64,000 nucleotides of DNA from assembly GCF_009914755.1 (NCBI RefSeq), contig NC_060948.1; one strand, given 5' to 3'. Origin of the DNA: the human T2T-CHM13v2.0 reference genome, Homo sapiens. Below, piece by piece: positions 24,791 through 40,200 of this stretch. A program made the position numbers and the translations under genes. A model generated the notes under the pieces. It made no database searches, was not told the DNA's origin, and worked only from the letters and a program-made list of their open reading frames with translations. Numbering within the stretch: the first letter of the stretch is position 1; each line of letters begins with the position of its first letter.

Positions 24791-26782
24791 TGATCATTTC
24801 CTTTACTAGAACTACATGCTGCTTGTCCCAGTCCTAGATATGCCACTATCTATTCATTTATTTATTTTATTTGATAGCAAGACTCATGGAAAGAGTTGGC
24901 CCTGAAAAGGTTTAATTTTATTTCTCTTAACTATCCTTTTTTAAGGCATTTACCCTGTTTTTTTAGAATCGTATCTTATATTTGTCACTAAATCCCATAT
25001 TTCATTTATCTGTAGCATATTACTCAAACAGTCATGTGTATCTGTAAAACTGATTCCCACCCTCATTCCTGAAATACTATTTTGTTTTGGATTACATGAT
25101 TCAACTTTCCACTGATTTCTCTATTTAATTGTCAGTGTGCTTTGTTTCATTTTATCTCATATATGTCTATTCATTAGACTACTAATGTAACTACAGAGAA
25201 TACCTCTTTCTCCTTCTCTTTCTCTTTTTCCTTTTCCCCTTCTCTTTTCCCTTACCTCTTTTCTTTTCTTTTTTTAAGAGATGGTTCTGTCACCCAGCCT
25301 GGAGTACAGTAGTGAGAACTTGACTGACTACAGCCTCAAATTTCTGGGCTCAAGCAATCATCCTGGATTGGTCTCCTCTGTAGCGGAGACGACAGCAGTT
25401 CTAGGGAATTCAACTAGTGATATTACTTCTGGAATCCTATACATTGTGCTTTTTTTTTTTCTTATGAGCATACCAAGATTAAGACAGCTAAATTGTAAAC
25501 TTCTCCTGAACTTCTTCACACTTCCTACATGCCTCTGTCTTCCACCCTTTTTTGTATAAAAATATATCATCTATATAACATAAAAACTGGAGATATCCCA
25601 AATGCATTATTTTCCCTCATCTTTTACATATTTTATCTACAAGAACTTTTTTATTATCTACCAATTACAAATGTGTTTTTCTTATTGCTCTTTATACATT
25701 CCAGTTGAGGTCATCATTCATTCTTCACTAAATGATAATATCAACAACTTAATTTACTTCCTGCTTCTGTGTTACCCTATTCAATTTATTTTTTATTGAG
25801 GGTCTAGAATTATTCTTCTTTTCAATGAATACAACACATCTCTTTCCTTTTTCTTTCTTTTCTTCTTACCTTCTGCTTTAATACTGTTACTATACGAATT
25901 GAGGAGCAATTTCAGTGTACTATTATATCCACCATTTTAAGCTAAAATTCAGAGATATAATAGCCTCTCTATAAGTGTTTAATATTACAAAAATAATGAA
26001 ACTATAATTTCAGTATTAAATTTTTGAATAATGTCTATAGATTATTCATAAAACAAGATTTTAGTTGAGTTGCAGATAAGCTTATGCTATTTTTTTACTC
26101 ACTCCTTCCATTTTTATCCATCCTAGCTATAAGATATTTAGAGGTATGAACCTGGCATATTCTTCCCTGTACTTGACAGCCTATTGAAGTTATATGAATA
26201 AAGAAAAGTACACTGACAATTTAATTCATGTAACTAAATATAAATGTATTATATTTAAAATCTATTTATTTTAATTACTTAAATTTATTATTACAGTTAT
26301 TATTTAGATTTTTATTATTTAAATCTCAAACAATACAGGAAACAAAAATGTGGGAAAATCTCAAGTAATTCATTATTTATCTTTCTTTTTATCATAGAAA
26401 ACACAGGCCATCTCCTTACTGCTTAAGGCCGTATTTCCAGAACACTCATAACATTTCACTTTTCATTTCCCAAGGAAATCTGAGGAGTTTCTTTTGAACT
26501 CCATAGTGATATGCCTAAAACTACCCAGTGTAATTGTGTCTTCTTGGACGGTATGATTCTACAAGGTGAATATGATAATGACCTAAAATATCACCCTTAC
26601 ATTTAATTATATAAAACACCACTAATATTAACAATATATGAGCTGTACATTATGTAGTCTAATTAGAGAGTTAATTTTACACTCAAATAGTTTAGTTAGA
26701 TACTGTGAGATTAAACTGGCCAAGATGGAAATTAATTATTTGTAAAAACTACCACACTGTGATGAAATGAGTTAACTGGACT

Positions 26783-29073
<2,291 letters not shown>

Positions 29074-29225
29074 TGAACTTTTAATAATTTGGAAAATAAT
29101 AAAGTTATATTACTTAAATGTTACTAACAAAAACGTGTATTTCTTAACTATTTGTTACTACCTGAAAGACCGAATGGCTCTCATGATAATGATGGAAGCA
29201 GCTTCAAATGAAATGTTACAAAACA

Positions 29226-29512
29226 GTCTGGACATGATGGCCTATGCCTGTAATCCCAGCACTTTGGGAGGCTGAGACAGGTGGATGACTTGAGGTCAAG
29301 TGTTTGAGACCAGCCTGGCTAACATGGTGAAACCCCCTCTCTACTAAAAATAAGAATATTATCCAGGCATGGTGGTGCATGCCTGTAATCCCAGCTAGTC
29401 AGGAGGCTGAGACAAGAGAATCCCTTGAGCCTGGAAGGCAGAGGCTGCAGGGAGCTGAGATCGGGCCACTACACTCTAGCCTGGGTGAGAGAGTGAGACT
29501 CCATCTCATAAA
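29226..29512 (+). mobile_element. Alu (AluS-like)
   Basis: gcctgtaatcccagcactttgggaggctgag...gagtgagactccatctc. Confidence 0.9.
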
Positions 29513-29519
29513 AACCCCT

Positions 29520-30006
29520 CTAAACTTTAAAAAGCAAGGTAAATTTAATCAAGTTTCTATTTCATGCTATCATATAAGTTCATTAGGATAAAAGGGAAGA
29601 GATACAAGGAAGATAAAATAAACCTCAGACTTGATTTTGGGGGCTCTGGAATCTAACAACATAACTCAGGGGAATGTTCAATGAAGAAAGACCAGACCTC
29701 TCCATTTGGGCAAAAGAGTATGTGGTATTTTAACTGCCCATCATCATCCACTTCATGGCTTCTAAACATTAAAAAGCAAGGTAAATTTAATCAAGTTTCT
29801 ATTTCATGCTGTCTTTAAAGTTCATTAGGTTAAAAGTGAAGAGATATAAGAAAGAAAAAAAGAAAACTTCAGCCATGATTTTGGGAGCTCTGGAATCTAA
29901 TAACATAACTCAGGGGAGTGTTTATTGAAGAAAGAACAGACCTCTAAATTTGGGGATGATAGTATGGGGCATTTTAACTGCCCATCATCATCCACTCCAT
30001 GGCTTC
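29520..30006 (+). repeat. Two-copy tandem duplication, unit ~243 bp
   Basis: ctaaac..taaaaagcaaggtaaatttaatcaagtttctatttcatgct...catcatcatccact.catggctt occurs at 29520 and 29762. Confidence 0.9.
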
Positions 30007-30371
30007 ATGGAAACTGTGAAGAAGATTAAATTATAGATTCAGCTTTTGATGTCTGTGGGGGAAATACAGAGCTTATCTCAAAGAATTGTGGTTGTGTGAT
30101 TTAAAATGTTTGAGGTTCCCTTGAAGATTACTGGCTCAGAGGCTTTTCTTTAGCTCACCACACAGTTTTCTTGGGGGCAGAAGCTGACTCCCGGGAGGCA
30201 TTTGTGGAAAGGAAATATACTAGTCAGAGCCATCTGTAGCAAGGAATAAGAGTCAGGTCAAGCAGTACACCAACAAAATACCTGGAAGGAAGAGGCTGAG
30301 GAAAAAAATTGATGTGGAAAACCAGGTTTGAAAAACCCTCAGTTTGTTGTTGTTTGTTGTGGATTGGGTTT

Positions 30372-30690
30372 TAAATAGAGACAGAGTTTGCGCTGTGGCC
30401 CACGTTAGAGTCCTCTGGCATGATCATGTCCAAAGCTCAACCTCCTTTGGTTCAAATGGTCTTCCCACTTCAGCCTCCTGAGCATGTTATGTCTCTGGGT
30501 TCCACCTATCCTCCCCTCTCAGTGTCTCACAGTACAGGCATTGGCCACCATAACCAGCTTATTTTTGTATTTTTTTTTTTATACAGAAGAGATCTTGCCA
30601 TGTTGTCAAGGCTTGTCTCACACTTCTGGGCTCAAGTGATTTGTTCTCCTAAGCCTTCCAAATTGGTGGGGTTATAGATATGAAGCACCA
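30372..30690 (-). mobile_element. Alu (diverged, AluJ-like)
   Basis: gagacagagtttgcgctgtggccca...gggctcaagtgatt. Confidence 0.75.
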
Positions 30691-30859
30691 CATCCATATT
30701 CCTACTGATATATTTAGAGGGATATAAGTATGTCCATTTTTGGATGCATGTGTGGAGAAGACCCCGAAACTTTTCATTTTTCCTTGGCTTTGGGCTAAAT
30801 ACTAGAGTTCCTCAAGGAGTCCATATGCAAAGTCTGGGCGGTTTTTCTCTACTTTCTTT

Positions 30860-32030
30860 TTCTATTTTTTCTTTTCTTTGCTTGGATTGTTTTTTAAAAA
30901 TGTGGCAATAAGAGTAGATGACCAAAAGGGTGACAGAACACAGGTAAAGTGGCCATACATGACAAAGAATTCAGACTACAAACATAGGTCTGGATGGCTC
31001 CTAAACAAGCAAACAACCCACAAACTAAGCATTTGTGGAGATCAAGGATTTGTTATCTGAATATGCTGAATAATATCCAAAGTGTTCAGTGTTCAACAAT
31101 AAACTGAAAGGCATTCAATGGAAAAAAAAGGTACACCACGAGAAGTCATAACAAACAAACAAACAAAAAAAAACTACTTCCTGAAGCCCAGGCATGGTAC
31201 TAATTAGGGAAATATTTCAATTCACTAAATTTTAATGTTCTCAAAGACCTAAAGGAACCCAGAAGAATAGCGATTCAAAATTGAAAATACCAATAAAGAC
31301 AGACAAATTATTTTAAAAAATGAAATCAATAATCTGTAACTAGAAGGACTGAGTAGCCTGGGTGAGCATGCAGAACACAGAATGAGGCAACTTGAAGATG
31401 GATTGTTTGATATTATTCAGTGTAAGGAACAAGAAGAGAAACAACAATAATGAAAAAAACTAAGGTTTTCATGGGACACCATCAAGAATATCAACATAGT
31501 GATAATGGGAGTCCCACTGGAAAAGGAGAGATGGGGGAAAAAAGGAATATTTGAAGAAACAGTGGATGTAACTTGCCAAATGTGTTGGTAGATATAAATC
31601 TACTGATCCAAGTATCTACAAAGAAAAAGGCACTCCAGAAAGAATAAATTCAAAGATACCCACAGTGAAACACATGCACTGAATTTGATAGAAGACAAAT
31701 AAATAGAGAACTTTAAAAGAAGCAAGGCAGAAGTAACTGACCATATGCAAGTTACCCTCCATGATATTAACAGCCAATATCTCATTAAAAATTATGAGGA
31801 AAGAAGTCACTGTGATGAGATCTTTAAAGTGCTGAAATAAAAAATGAAGTTGATCATAAATTCAATATCTGGCCAAACCAAAATTCAAATTTATGAGCAA
31901 ATAAGTCATTTCCAAGCAAACAGAATAGATCAGCTTTATAAAACATGATAAAAACAAGTAAGGAATGAAAGAAAAATAGTAACTCATTGTGCAAATAAAG
32001 AAATAAAGAATATCAATAAAGTAATTACAC
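30860..32030 (+). mobile_element. Old L1M ORF1-region fragment (host of the L1PA insertion; continues after 35988)
   Basis: gggacaccatcaagaatatcaac...gaatatttgaagaaacagtgg...atctttaaagtgctgaaa resembles degenerate L1 ORF1. Confidence 0.65.
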
Positions 32031-32039
32031 CAGATTATA

Positions 32040-35000
32040 GGGGGTGGACCCAAGATGGCCAAATAGGAACAGCTCCAGTCTCCAGCTCCCAGCATGAGTG
32101 AAGCAGAATATGGGAAATTTCTGTATTTCCAATGGAGGTACAGGGTTCATCTCACTGGGGAGTGCCAGACAGTGGGTGCAGGACAGTGGGTGCAGGGCAC
32201 CGTATGTAAGCTGAAGCAGGGCAAGGCATTGCCTCACCCAGGAAGCACAAGGGGTCAGGGAATTCCCTTTCCTAGTCAAAGAAAGGGGTGACAGAGGGCA
32301 CCTGGAAAATCGGGTCACTCCCACCGTAATACTGCACTTTTCCAATGGGCTTAACAAATGGCACACCTGGAGATTTTATCCCACACCTGGCTCAAAGGGA
32401 CCTACACCCATGGAGCCTTGCTCATTGCTAGAACAGCAGTCTGAGATCAAACTGCAAGGTGGCAGCGAGGCTGGGGGAGGGGAGCCCGCCATTGCTTAGG
32501 CTTGAGTAGGTAAACAAAGCCGCAAGGAAGTTCGAACTAGGTGGAGCCCACCATAGCTCAAGGAGGCCTGCCTGCCTCTGTAGGCTCCATCTCTTGGTGC
32601 AGGGCACAGACAAACAAAAGACAGCAATAACCTCTGCAGACTTAAATGTCCCTGTCTGACAGCTTTGAAGAGAGTAGTGATTCTCCCAGCATGCAGATGG
32701 ATATCTGAGAACAGGCAGACTGCCTCCTCAAGTCGGTCCCTGACCCCTGACCCTGAGCAGCCTAACTGGGAGGCACCCATCAGTAGGGGCAGACTGACAC
32801 CTCACACAGCCAGGTACTCCTCTGAGAAAAACTTGCAGAGGAACGATCAGGCAGCAGCATTTGCGGTTCACCAATATCCGCTGTTCTGCAGTCACCACTT
32901 CTGATACCCAGGCAAAGAGGGTATGGGGTAGACCTCCAGTAAACTCCAACAGACCTGCAGCTGAGGTTCCTGACTGTTAGAAGGAAAACTAACAAACAGA
33001 AAGGACATCCACACCAAAAACCCATCTGTACATCACCATCATCAAAGACCAAAGGTAGATAAAACCACAAAGATGGGGACGAAACAGAGTAGAAAAACGG
33101 AAACTCTAAAAATCAGAGTGCCTCTCCTCCTCCAAAGGAAAACAGCTCCTCACCAGCAATGGAACAAAGCTGGATGGAGAATGACTTTGACGAGTTGAGA
33201 GAGGAAGGCTTCAGAAGATCGAACTACTCTGAGCTAAAGGAGGAAGTTCGAACCAATGGCAAAGAAGTTAAAACTTTGAAAAAAATATTAGATGAATGGA
33301 TAACTAGAATAACCAATGCAGAGAAGTCCTTAAAGGAACTGATGGAGCTGAAAACCACAGCATGAGAACTACCTGATGAATGCACAAGCCTCAGTAACCG
33401 ATGCCATCAACTGGAAGAAAGGGTATCAGCGATGGAAGATGAAATGAAGTGGGAAGAGAAGTTTAGAGAAAAAAGAATAAAAAGAAAAGATCAAAGCCTC
33501 CAAGAAATATGGGACTATGTGAAAAGACCAAATCTATGTCTAATTGGTGTACCTGAAAGTGACGGGGAGAATGGAACTAAGTTGGAAAACATTCTGCAGG
33601 ATATTATCCAGGAGAACTTCCCTGACCTAGCAAGGCAGGCCAACATTCAAATTCAGGAAATACAGAGAATGCCACAAAGATACGCCTCGAGAAGAGCAAC
33701 TCCAAGACACATAATAGTCAGATTTACCAAAGTTGAAATGAAGGAAAAAATGTTAGGGCAGCCAGAGAGAAAGATCAGGTTACCCACAAAGGGAAGCCCA
33801 TCAGACTAATAGCTGATCTCTCAGCAGAAACTCTACAAGCCAGAAGAAAGTGGGGTCCAATATTCAACATTCTTAAAGAAAAGAATTTTCAACCCAGGAT
33901 TTCATATGCTGCCAAACTAAGCTTCATAAGTGAAGGAGTAATAAAATATTTACAGACAAGCAAAGGCTGAGAGATTTTTGTCACCACCAGGCCTGCCCCA
34001 AAAGAGCTCCTGAAGGAAGCACTAAACATGGAAAGGAACAATCAGTACCAGCCACTGCAAAAACATGCCAAATTGTAAAGACCATCAAGGCTAGGAAGAA
34101 ACTGCATCAACTAACAAGCAAAATAACCAGCTAACATCATAATGACAGAATCAAATTCACACATAACAATACAACCTTAAATGTAAATGGGATAAATGCT
34201 CCAATTAAAAGGCACAGACTGGCAAATTGGATAAAGAGTCAAGACCCATCAGTGTGTTATATTCAGGAAACCCATCTGATGTGCAGAGACACACATAGGC
34301 TCAAAATAAAGGGATGGAGGAAGATCTACCAAGCAAATGAAAAACCAAAAAAGGCAGAGGTTGCAATCCTAGTCTCAGATAAAACAGACTTTAAACCAAC
34401 AAAGATCAAAAGAGACAAAGAAGACCATTACATAATGGAAGACTTTAACACCCCACTGTCAACATTAGACAGATCAATGAGACAGAAAGTTAACAAGGAT
34501 ATCCAAGAATTGAACTCAGCTCTGCACTAAGCGAACCTAATAGACATCCACAGAACTCTCCACCCCAAATCAACAGAATACACATTCTTTTCAGCACCAC
34601 ACCACACTTATTCCAAAATTGAAAACATAGTTGGAAGTAAAGCACTCCTTAGTAAATGTAAAATACTGGAAATTTTAACAAACGGTTATAATTTCCCCAT
34701 TTATTAAATGCAAAGATTCCCCATTTAATAAATAGTGTTGGGAAAACTGGCTAGCCATATGTAGAAAGCCGAAACCGGATACATTCTTACATCTTATACA
34801 AAAATTAATTAAAGATTGATTAAAGACTTACATGTTAGGCCTAAAACCATAAAAACCCTAGAAGAAAACCTAGGCAATACCATTCAGGACATAAGCATGT
34901 GCATGTCTAAAACACCAAAAGCAATGGCAACAAAAGCCGAAATTGACAAATAGGATCTAATTAAACTAAAGAGCTTCAGCACAGCTGAAGAAACTTCCAT

Positions 35001-35971
35001 CAGAGTGAACAGGCAACCTACAGAATGGGAGAAAATTTCTGCAACCTACTCAGCTGACAAAGCGCTAATATCAAGAATCTGCAAGGAACTCAAACAAATT
35101 TACAAGAAAAAAACAAACAACTCCATCAAAAAGTGGGTGAAGGATATGAATAGATGCTTCTCAAAAGAAGACTTTTATGCAGCCAAAAGACACATGAAAA
35201 AATGCTCATCATCACTGGCCATCAGAGAAATGCAAATCAAAACCACAATGAGATACCATCTCACACCAGTTAGAATGGCTATCATTAAAAAGTTAGGAAA
35301 CAACAGGTCCTGGAGAGGATGTGGTGAAATAGGAATATTTTACACTGTTGGTGGGACTGTAAGCTGGTTCAACCATTGTGGAAGTCAGTGGGTTGATTCC
35401 TCAAGGATCTAGAATTAGAAATACCATTTGATCCAACCATCCCATTACTGGGTATATACCCAAAGGATTATGAATCATGCTGCTATAAGGACACATGTAC
35501 GTGTATGTTTATTGTGGCACTATTCACAATAGGAAAGACTGGGAACCAACCCAAATGTCCAACAATGATAGTCTGGATTAAGAAAATGTGGCACATATAC
35601 ACCATGGAGTACTATGCAGCCATAAAAAATGATGAGTTCATGTCCTTTGTAGGCACATGGATGAAGCTGGAAACCATCATTCTCAGCAAACTATTTCAAG
35701 GACAAAAATACAAACACCGCATGTTCTCACTCATAGGTGGGAATTGAACAGTGAGAACACATGGACAGAGGAAGGGGAACATCAAACCCCAGGGACTGTT
35801 GTTCGGTGGGGGATGGGGGAGGGATAGCATTAGGAGATATGCCTAATGTCAAATGATGAGTTAATGGGTGCAGCACACCAACATGGCACATGTATACCTA
35901 TATAACAAACCTGCACGTTGTGCACATGTACCCTAAAACTTAAAAGTATAACAATAATAATAAGAAGAAGA
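32040..35971 (+). mobile_element. L1PA (PA4/PA5-like) with both termini but a large internal ORF2 deletion
   Basis: 5'UTR ggggtggacccaagatggccaaataggaacagctcc, ORF1 (MENDFDELREEGFRRSNYSEL), endonuclease domain, a jump at ~34685 to late ORF2, and a full 3'UTR. The 16-bp TSD aaagtaattacaccag is at 32018 and 35972. Confidence 0.93.
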
Positions 35972-36099
35972 AAAGTAATTACACCAGGAAATAGAAAAGC
36001 CAATATTATTGTATTTGCGGATTCTGCAACTTTATTTTTCTACTAGATTTAAATGACAAGAGGTAAGCCACAGTATCTCACAAATGTAATACCAACCAA

Positions 36100-36350
36100 T
36101 GTGGGAGATTTCCTTGAGCACAGGAGTTTGAGACCAGCCACGGCAACAATGTGTGACTCTGTGTCTACAGAAAATAAACAAAATTATCCAGCTATGGTGG
36201 CATGCACTTCTATCCCAGGTACAGGGAGCTGAGGTGGAAGGATCCCTTGAGCCCATGAGCTTGAGGCTGTAGTGAACAAGGGTTAGCCTGTGTGACTGAA
36301 ACTCTGTCTCAATAAAGTAAAATAAGATAAAGAAATAATAAAGAATAAAA
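36100..36350 (+). mobile_element. Alu (AluJ-like, 5'-truncated)
   Basis: ttgagcacaggagtttgagaccagcc...cttgagcccatgagcttgaggctgtagtg. Confidence 0.8.
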
Positions 36351-37254
36351 CAATAATTACACATCTGTGTTGTTCTCACTCATTGTATAACAAACAATTT
36401 TTGACAATAAAATAGGAAGTTACGGAGAGTACTATAGGTAAATGATTTTTGTATAATATCAACACTCAGTTTTTATAATTCACATTACATAATTACAAAG
36501 TTAAGATATTAATTATAATACCATTAATAATCACTAAGAAAAATACTGTTCAAATATACTGAAGAGAAACATGGAAGTCAAAATGGTACCCTAGAAAAAC
36601 AATCAAATGCAAATTGAACAGTTTTGGGGAAATAGAAGAATAATAACAACAACAAAACTAGTAGAAAAAATGACACAAATAGGAAAATAAATTCTTGTCA
36701 GCAATTGCTTTCCATCCAAATAAACTAAAATCCAGTTAAATGTCAAAGATTAGCAGAGTAACATTTTAAATGTTTTAAAGGTGAGGAAAAAAATAGTGCA
36801 AACAGTAACCAAATTAGAGCTGGAAAAACTGTACAAATATCAAAATTGTTTAATTCATCAAGAAGATACAATACTTATGTATATATCTAATAACACATTC
36901 TCAGGATATATAAAACAAAAATGAATAGATTAGTCTTGGACACCACTCCTGGCCAAGACTCTTTTTTTAAAAACTGAAAAATATATAATGTTGGTAACTA
37001 AAAATTACACTCTTCAACAACCTGTGGTTAACTGAAGAATCTGCAAGGAATTAAATAACTTTTGCAGATAAATAAAAAATTAAAACATACTAAAACTTCT
37101 GAAATGCAGCTAAATCAATGTTGTGAAATATACACATGTAAACATATAGATAAAAAAGAAGAAATGTAAAATTTCTAACATAAATTTACACACAAGGAAG
37201 CAGAAAATGTGCAAAGTAGAGGAGAGTACTTTAAAAAAAAAAAAAAAAAATGGC

Positions 37255-40200
37255 CTAGTAAAGGAAGCTGCCATCATTGGCCCCCAACACTAACCCCAAA
37301 GAACACACACAGAAAAACCAAACCAAGTACACAGTGCTGAGATTATTACCAGCAATAACGCAGAGCCCAAATATGATAATGAGGCAGCTCCTAGGGTGAC
37401 AGAAAAGTGAAGAAACCAGGCAGATGGTAAGAAAGTTTGCCTTTTATATTCACGACACTCTTCCCCTAGTCAGCTGGCAACCAAGTGTGGAAAAAAACAA
37501 AACAAAACAAAAATCCTCTGACTCATGATTACTACACTGGATAAAATAAAGTTGAAGTGGATGACCAGCTTCCCCACGACTTTGGATTCCCTGGCAGGAG
37601 ACCTATTCCTGCTTTAACCCAAGGAAGCTGGGTTACTCAAAAATACAACAGAGACAAAGTAGAAAGGCAGGACTCCCACCTCCAGCCTGGATATCTCAGT
37701 CACAGGAGATGCCAAACCCGAGTGCCTGTGCAGCATTACCATGGGGTAGGAGGGATATTTCATAATTTCCTTGATCACAAATCTATAGACTGCTTTCCCA
37801 CAGATCCTATAGATCACCTTCAAGATCGCTCAGATAGGAGACTGACTGTTTCAAAGTTTGTTAAAGCTGAGACACACCTGGGATTAAGGCACCATCTACT
37901 GCCAAAACAGAGGCACCGAGCTAGCCAAAAGCAAGTAAACAAAACCCTAACAATGGTTATGTCTTAAAGAAAACTCAAAGCAATCATATACAATAAAATG
38001 CAAACTAAGACAGAGAAAACAAAGGACTAAATAATTAGGCCTTCAATAAAAATATATAGTTATATTACCACAATAAATAACACCAAACAAGAAATTGTAA
38101 CCTCCTTAAATGGACAAAGCCATAAACCATTGACCAGTGCTAATTAATGAGATGGCTACCAGTGGTTATTTGATCAAGAATTCAAAATATCAGTTTTCAG
38201 GAAACTCAGATCTCTAAAACAGCAGAGAAAAGGAACTGATATACTTCTGAAAGAAATTTTTAAAAATGGACTTAATTAATTTAAAAATAAAAAATTTCTG
38301 AAACTGAGAACTATATTTTCTGAAGTAAAAAATTCAAAAGGCTTTCAACAGCAGAATAGGTGAAACAGAATAAAGAATCATTAGCTTTAAAACGAATTAT
38401 TAGGGCCAGGTGTGCCAGCTCATGACTGTAACCACAGCACTTTGGGAGGCTGTGACAGTTTGATCACTTGAGGTTGGCAGTTCATGACCAGTTTGGACAT
38501 CATGGTGAAACTCAGGCTCTACTAAGAATACAAAAAATTCTCTGGGCATAGTGGTGCACACCTCTAATCCCAGCTAATCAGGAGCCTGAGAGAGGAGAAT
38601 CACTCGAACCTGGGAGGCAGATGTTGCAGTGAGTTAATGTCGTGCCATTGAACTCCAGCCTGGGCAACACAATGAGACTTTGTCTCAAAGGAAAAAAAAA
38701 AAAAAGAAAAAAGAAAAGAAAATTAACACAGGTTATTAGGAAACAAACAGAATGAAACACAAAAACAATAAAAAATAGAACATTTACATGATATAAAAAT
38801 TACCTAAAATAAGCAAATCGAAGATTTAGCACTATTCATGGAAGAGCTTAGCAAGAGGAAGGTATATACAGCATATTCACATGAATAATTACAGCTTTCA
38901 AAAATTTGAGAAACAGCTACTTATACAGCTTCAGAAAAATCCTAGACTACAAAAAACTTTAATACCCCATAAAACTACCACACAACAAATAAGAATCTAA
39001 CTCTCAAAGGCCGAGAAATAAAGAAAATTCTAAAAGCAATACTGGCAAATAAACAAAAATTGGAGGAGTTTGAAATCATTCGGCAAAAGACTTGTCAACG
39101 ATAGGTTTTTAAGGAAGACCCAGAATTAAAAATATAAATTGTGACGTCAAAAACATAGTTGGAAGAAAGGGTAAAAGTCTAGAGTTTTTATGTCACAAAA
39201 TTTTCAGCTTAAACTACTTGATTATTAACTATAAGATGTTTTCTCTGAGCCTTTAATGGCCATCAAAAAGTACAGCAGCAAAACCAACGATAAATACAAA
39301 GGAATTAAAGCTTAGCACTACTGAAAATATTTAAATGCTAAACATTTAAAAGCAAACATCAGAGGAAGAAAGGAAATAATCAATCAGATTTTTTCTTGTT
39401 TTCTGACTCAATCAGAAAACAACTAACAAGATAACAGTAGTAAGAACTTACTTATCAATAATTATCTTGAATGTAAATGAATTAAATCATACAACTAAAA
39501 GACATAGAGTGACCAAATGGATTTTAAAAATGAGATTCAACTACATTTTAACTATGAGACCCACTTAATCTTTAAGGACAAACATAGGCTGAAAATGAAT
39601 GAATAGAAGAAGTTAACCTATGAAAATGGTAATTAAAAAAATTAGGGGTGGCTATACTCATATCTGATAAAAGTGATTTCAAGTGAAAACATGTCATAAG
39701 ACTGAAAATGTCATCATTTAATAATAAAGCAATCAATTCATCAAAAGTATATAACTGTCATATATACACACATATGCACTCAACATTGGAGCACCTAAAT
39801 ATTTAAAGCAAAGATAAATAGAAATGAAAAAAAAACAATAAATAAAATAATAGTAGGTAAAATAGTACATAGCAAATAAAACAACAGTAGGAAATTTCAG
39901 TACTTCAACTGCAACAAGGAATAGATAAACTTGACAGATATTTAACAAGTCTTAACAAAATTAAGATGGCTAAAAACATATTTAATATTGTTTCAGGCCA
40001 TCATAGTAGCAAACCAAAAATCAGTAGCAGGATGGATCTTGAAAAAAATCATGAACACATGAACATTTTTAAAATATTGCTCCTAAATAACCATTGATGA
40101 AAAGAAAAATAAAAATGAAAATTTATAAATATCTTCAGATAAATGACAGTGGAAACACAACATACCTAAACCTATGATGTTCAGTGAGGCAGTATTATGA

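Noticed and set aside
37557-37967. 136-aa ORF
   Set aside because: It lies in the presumed 5' region of an old L1, has a non-ATG start and shows no recognisable homology.
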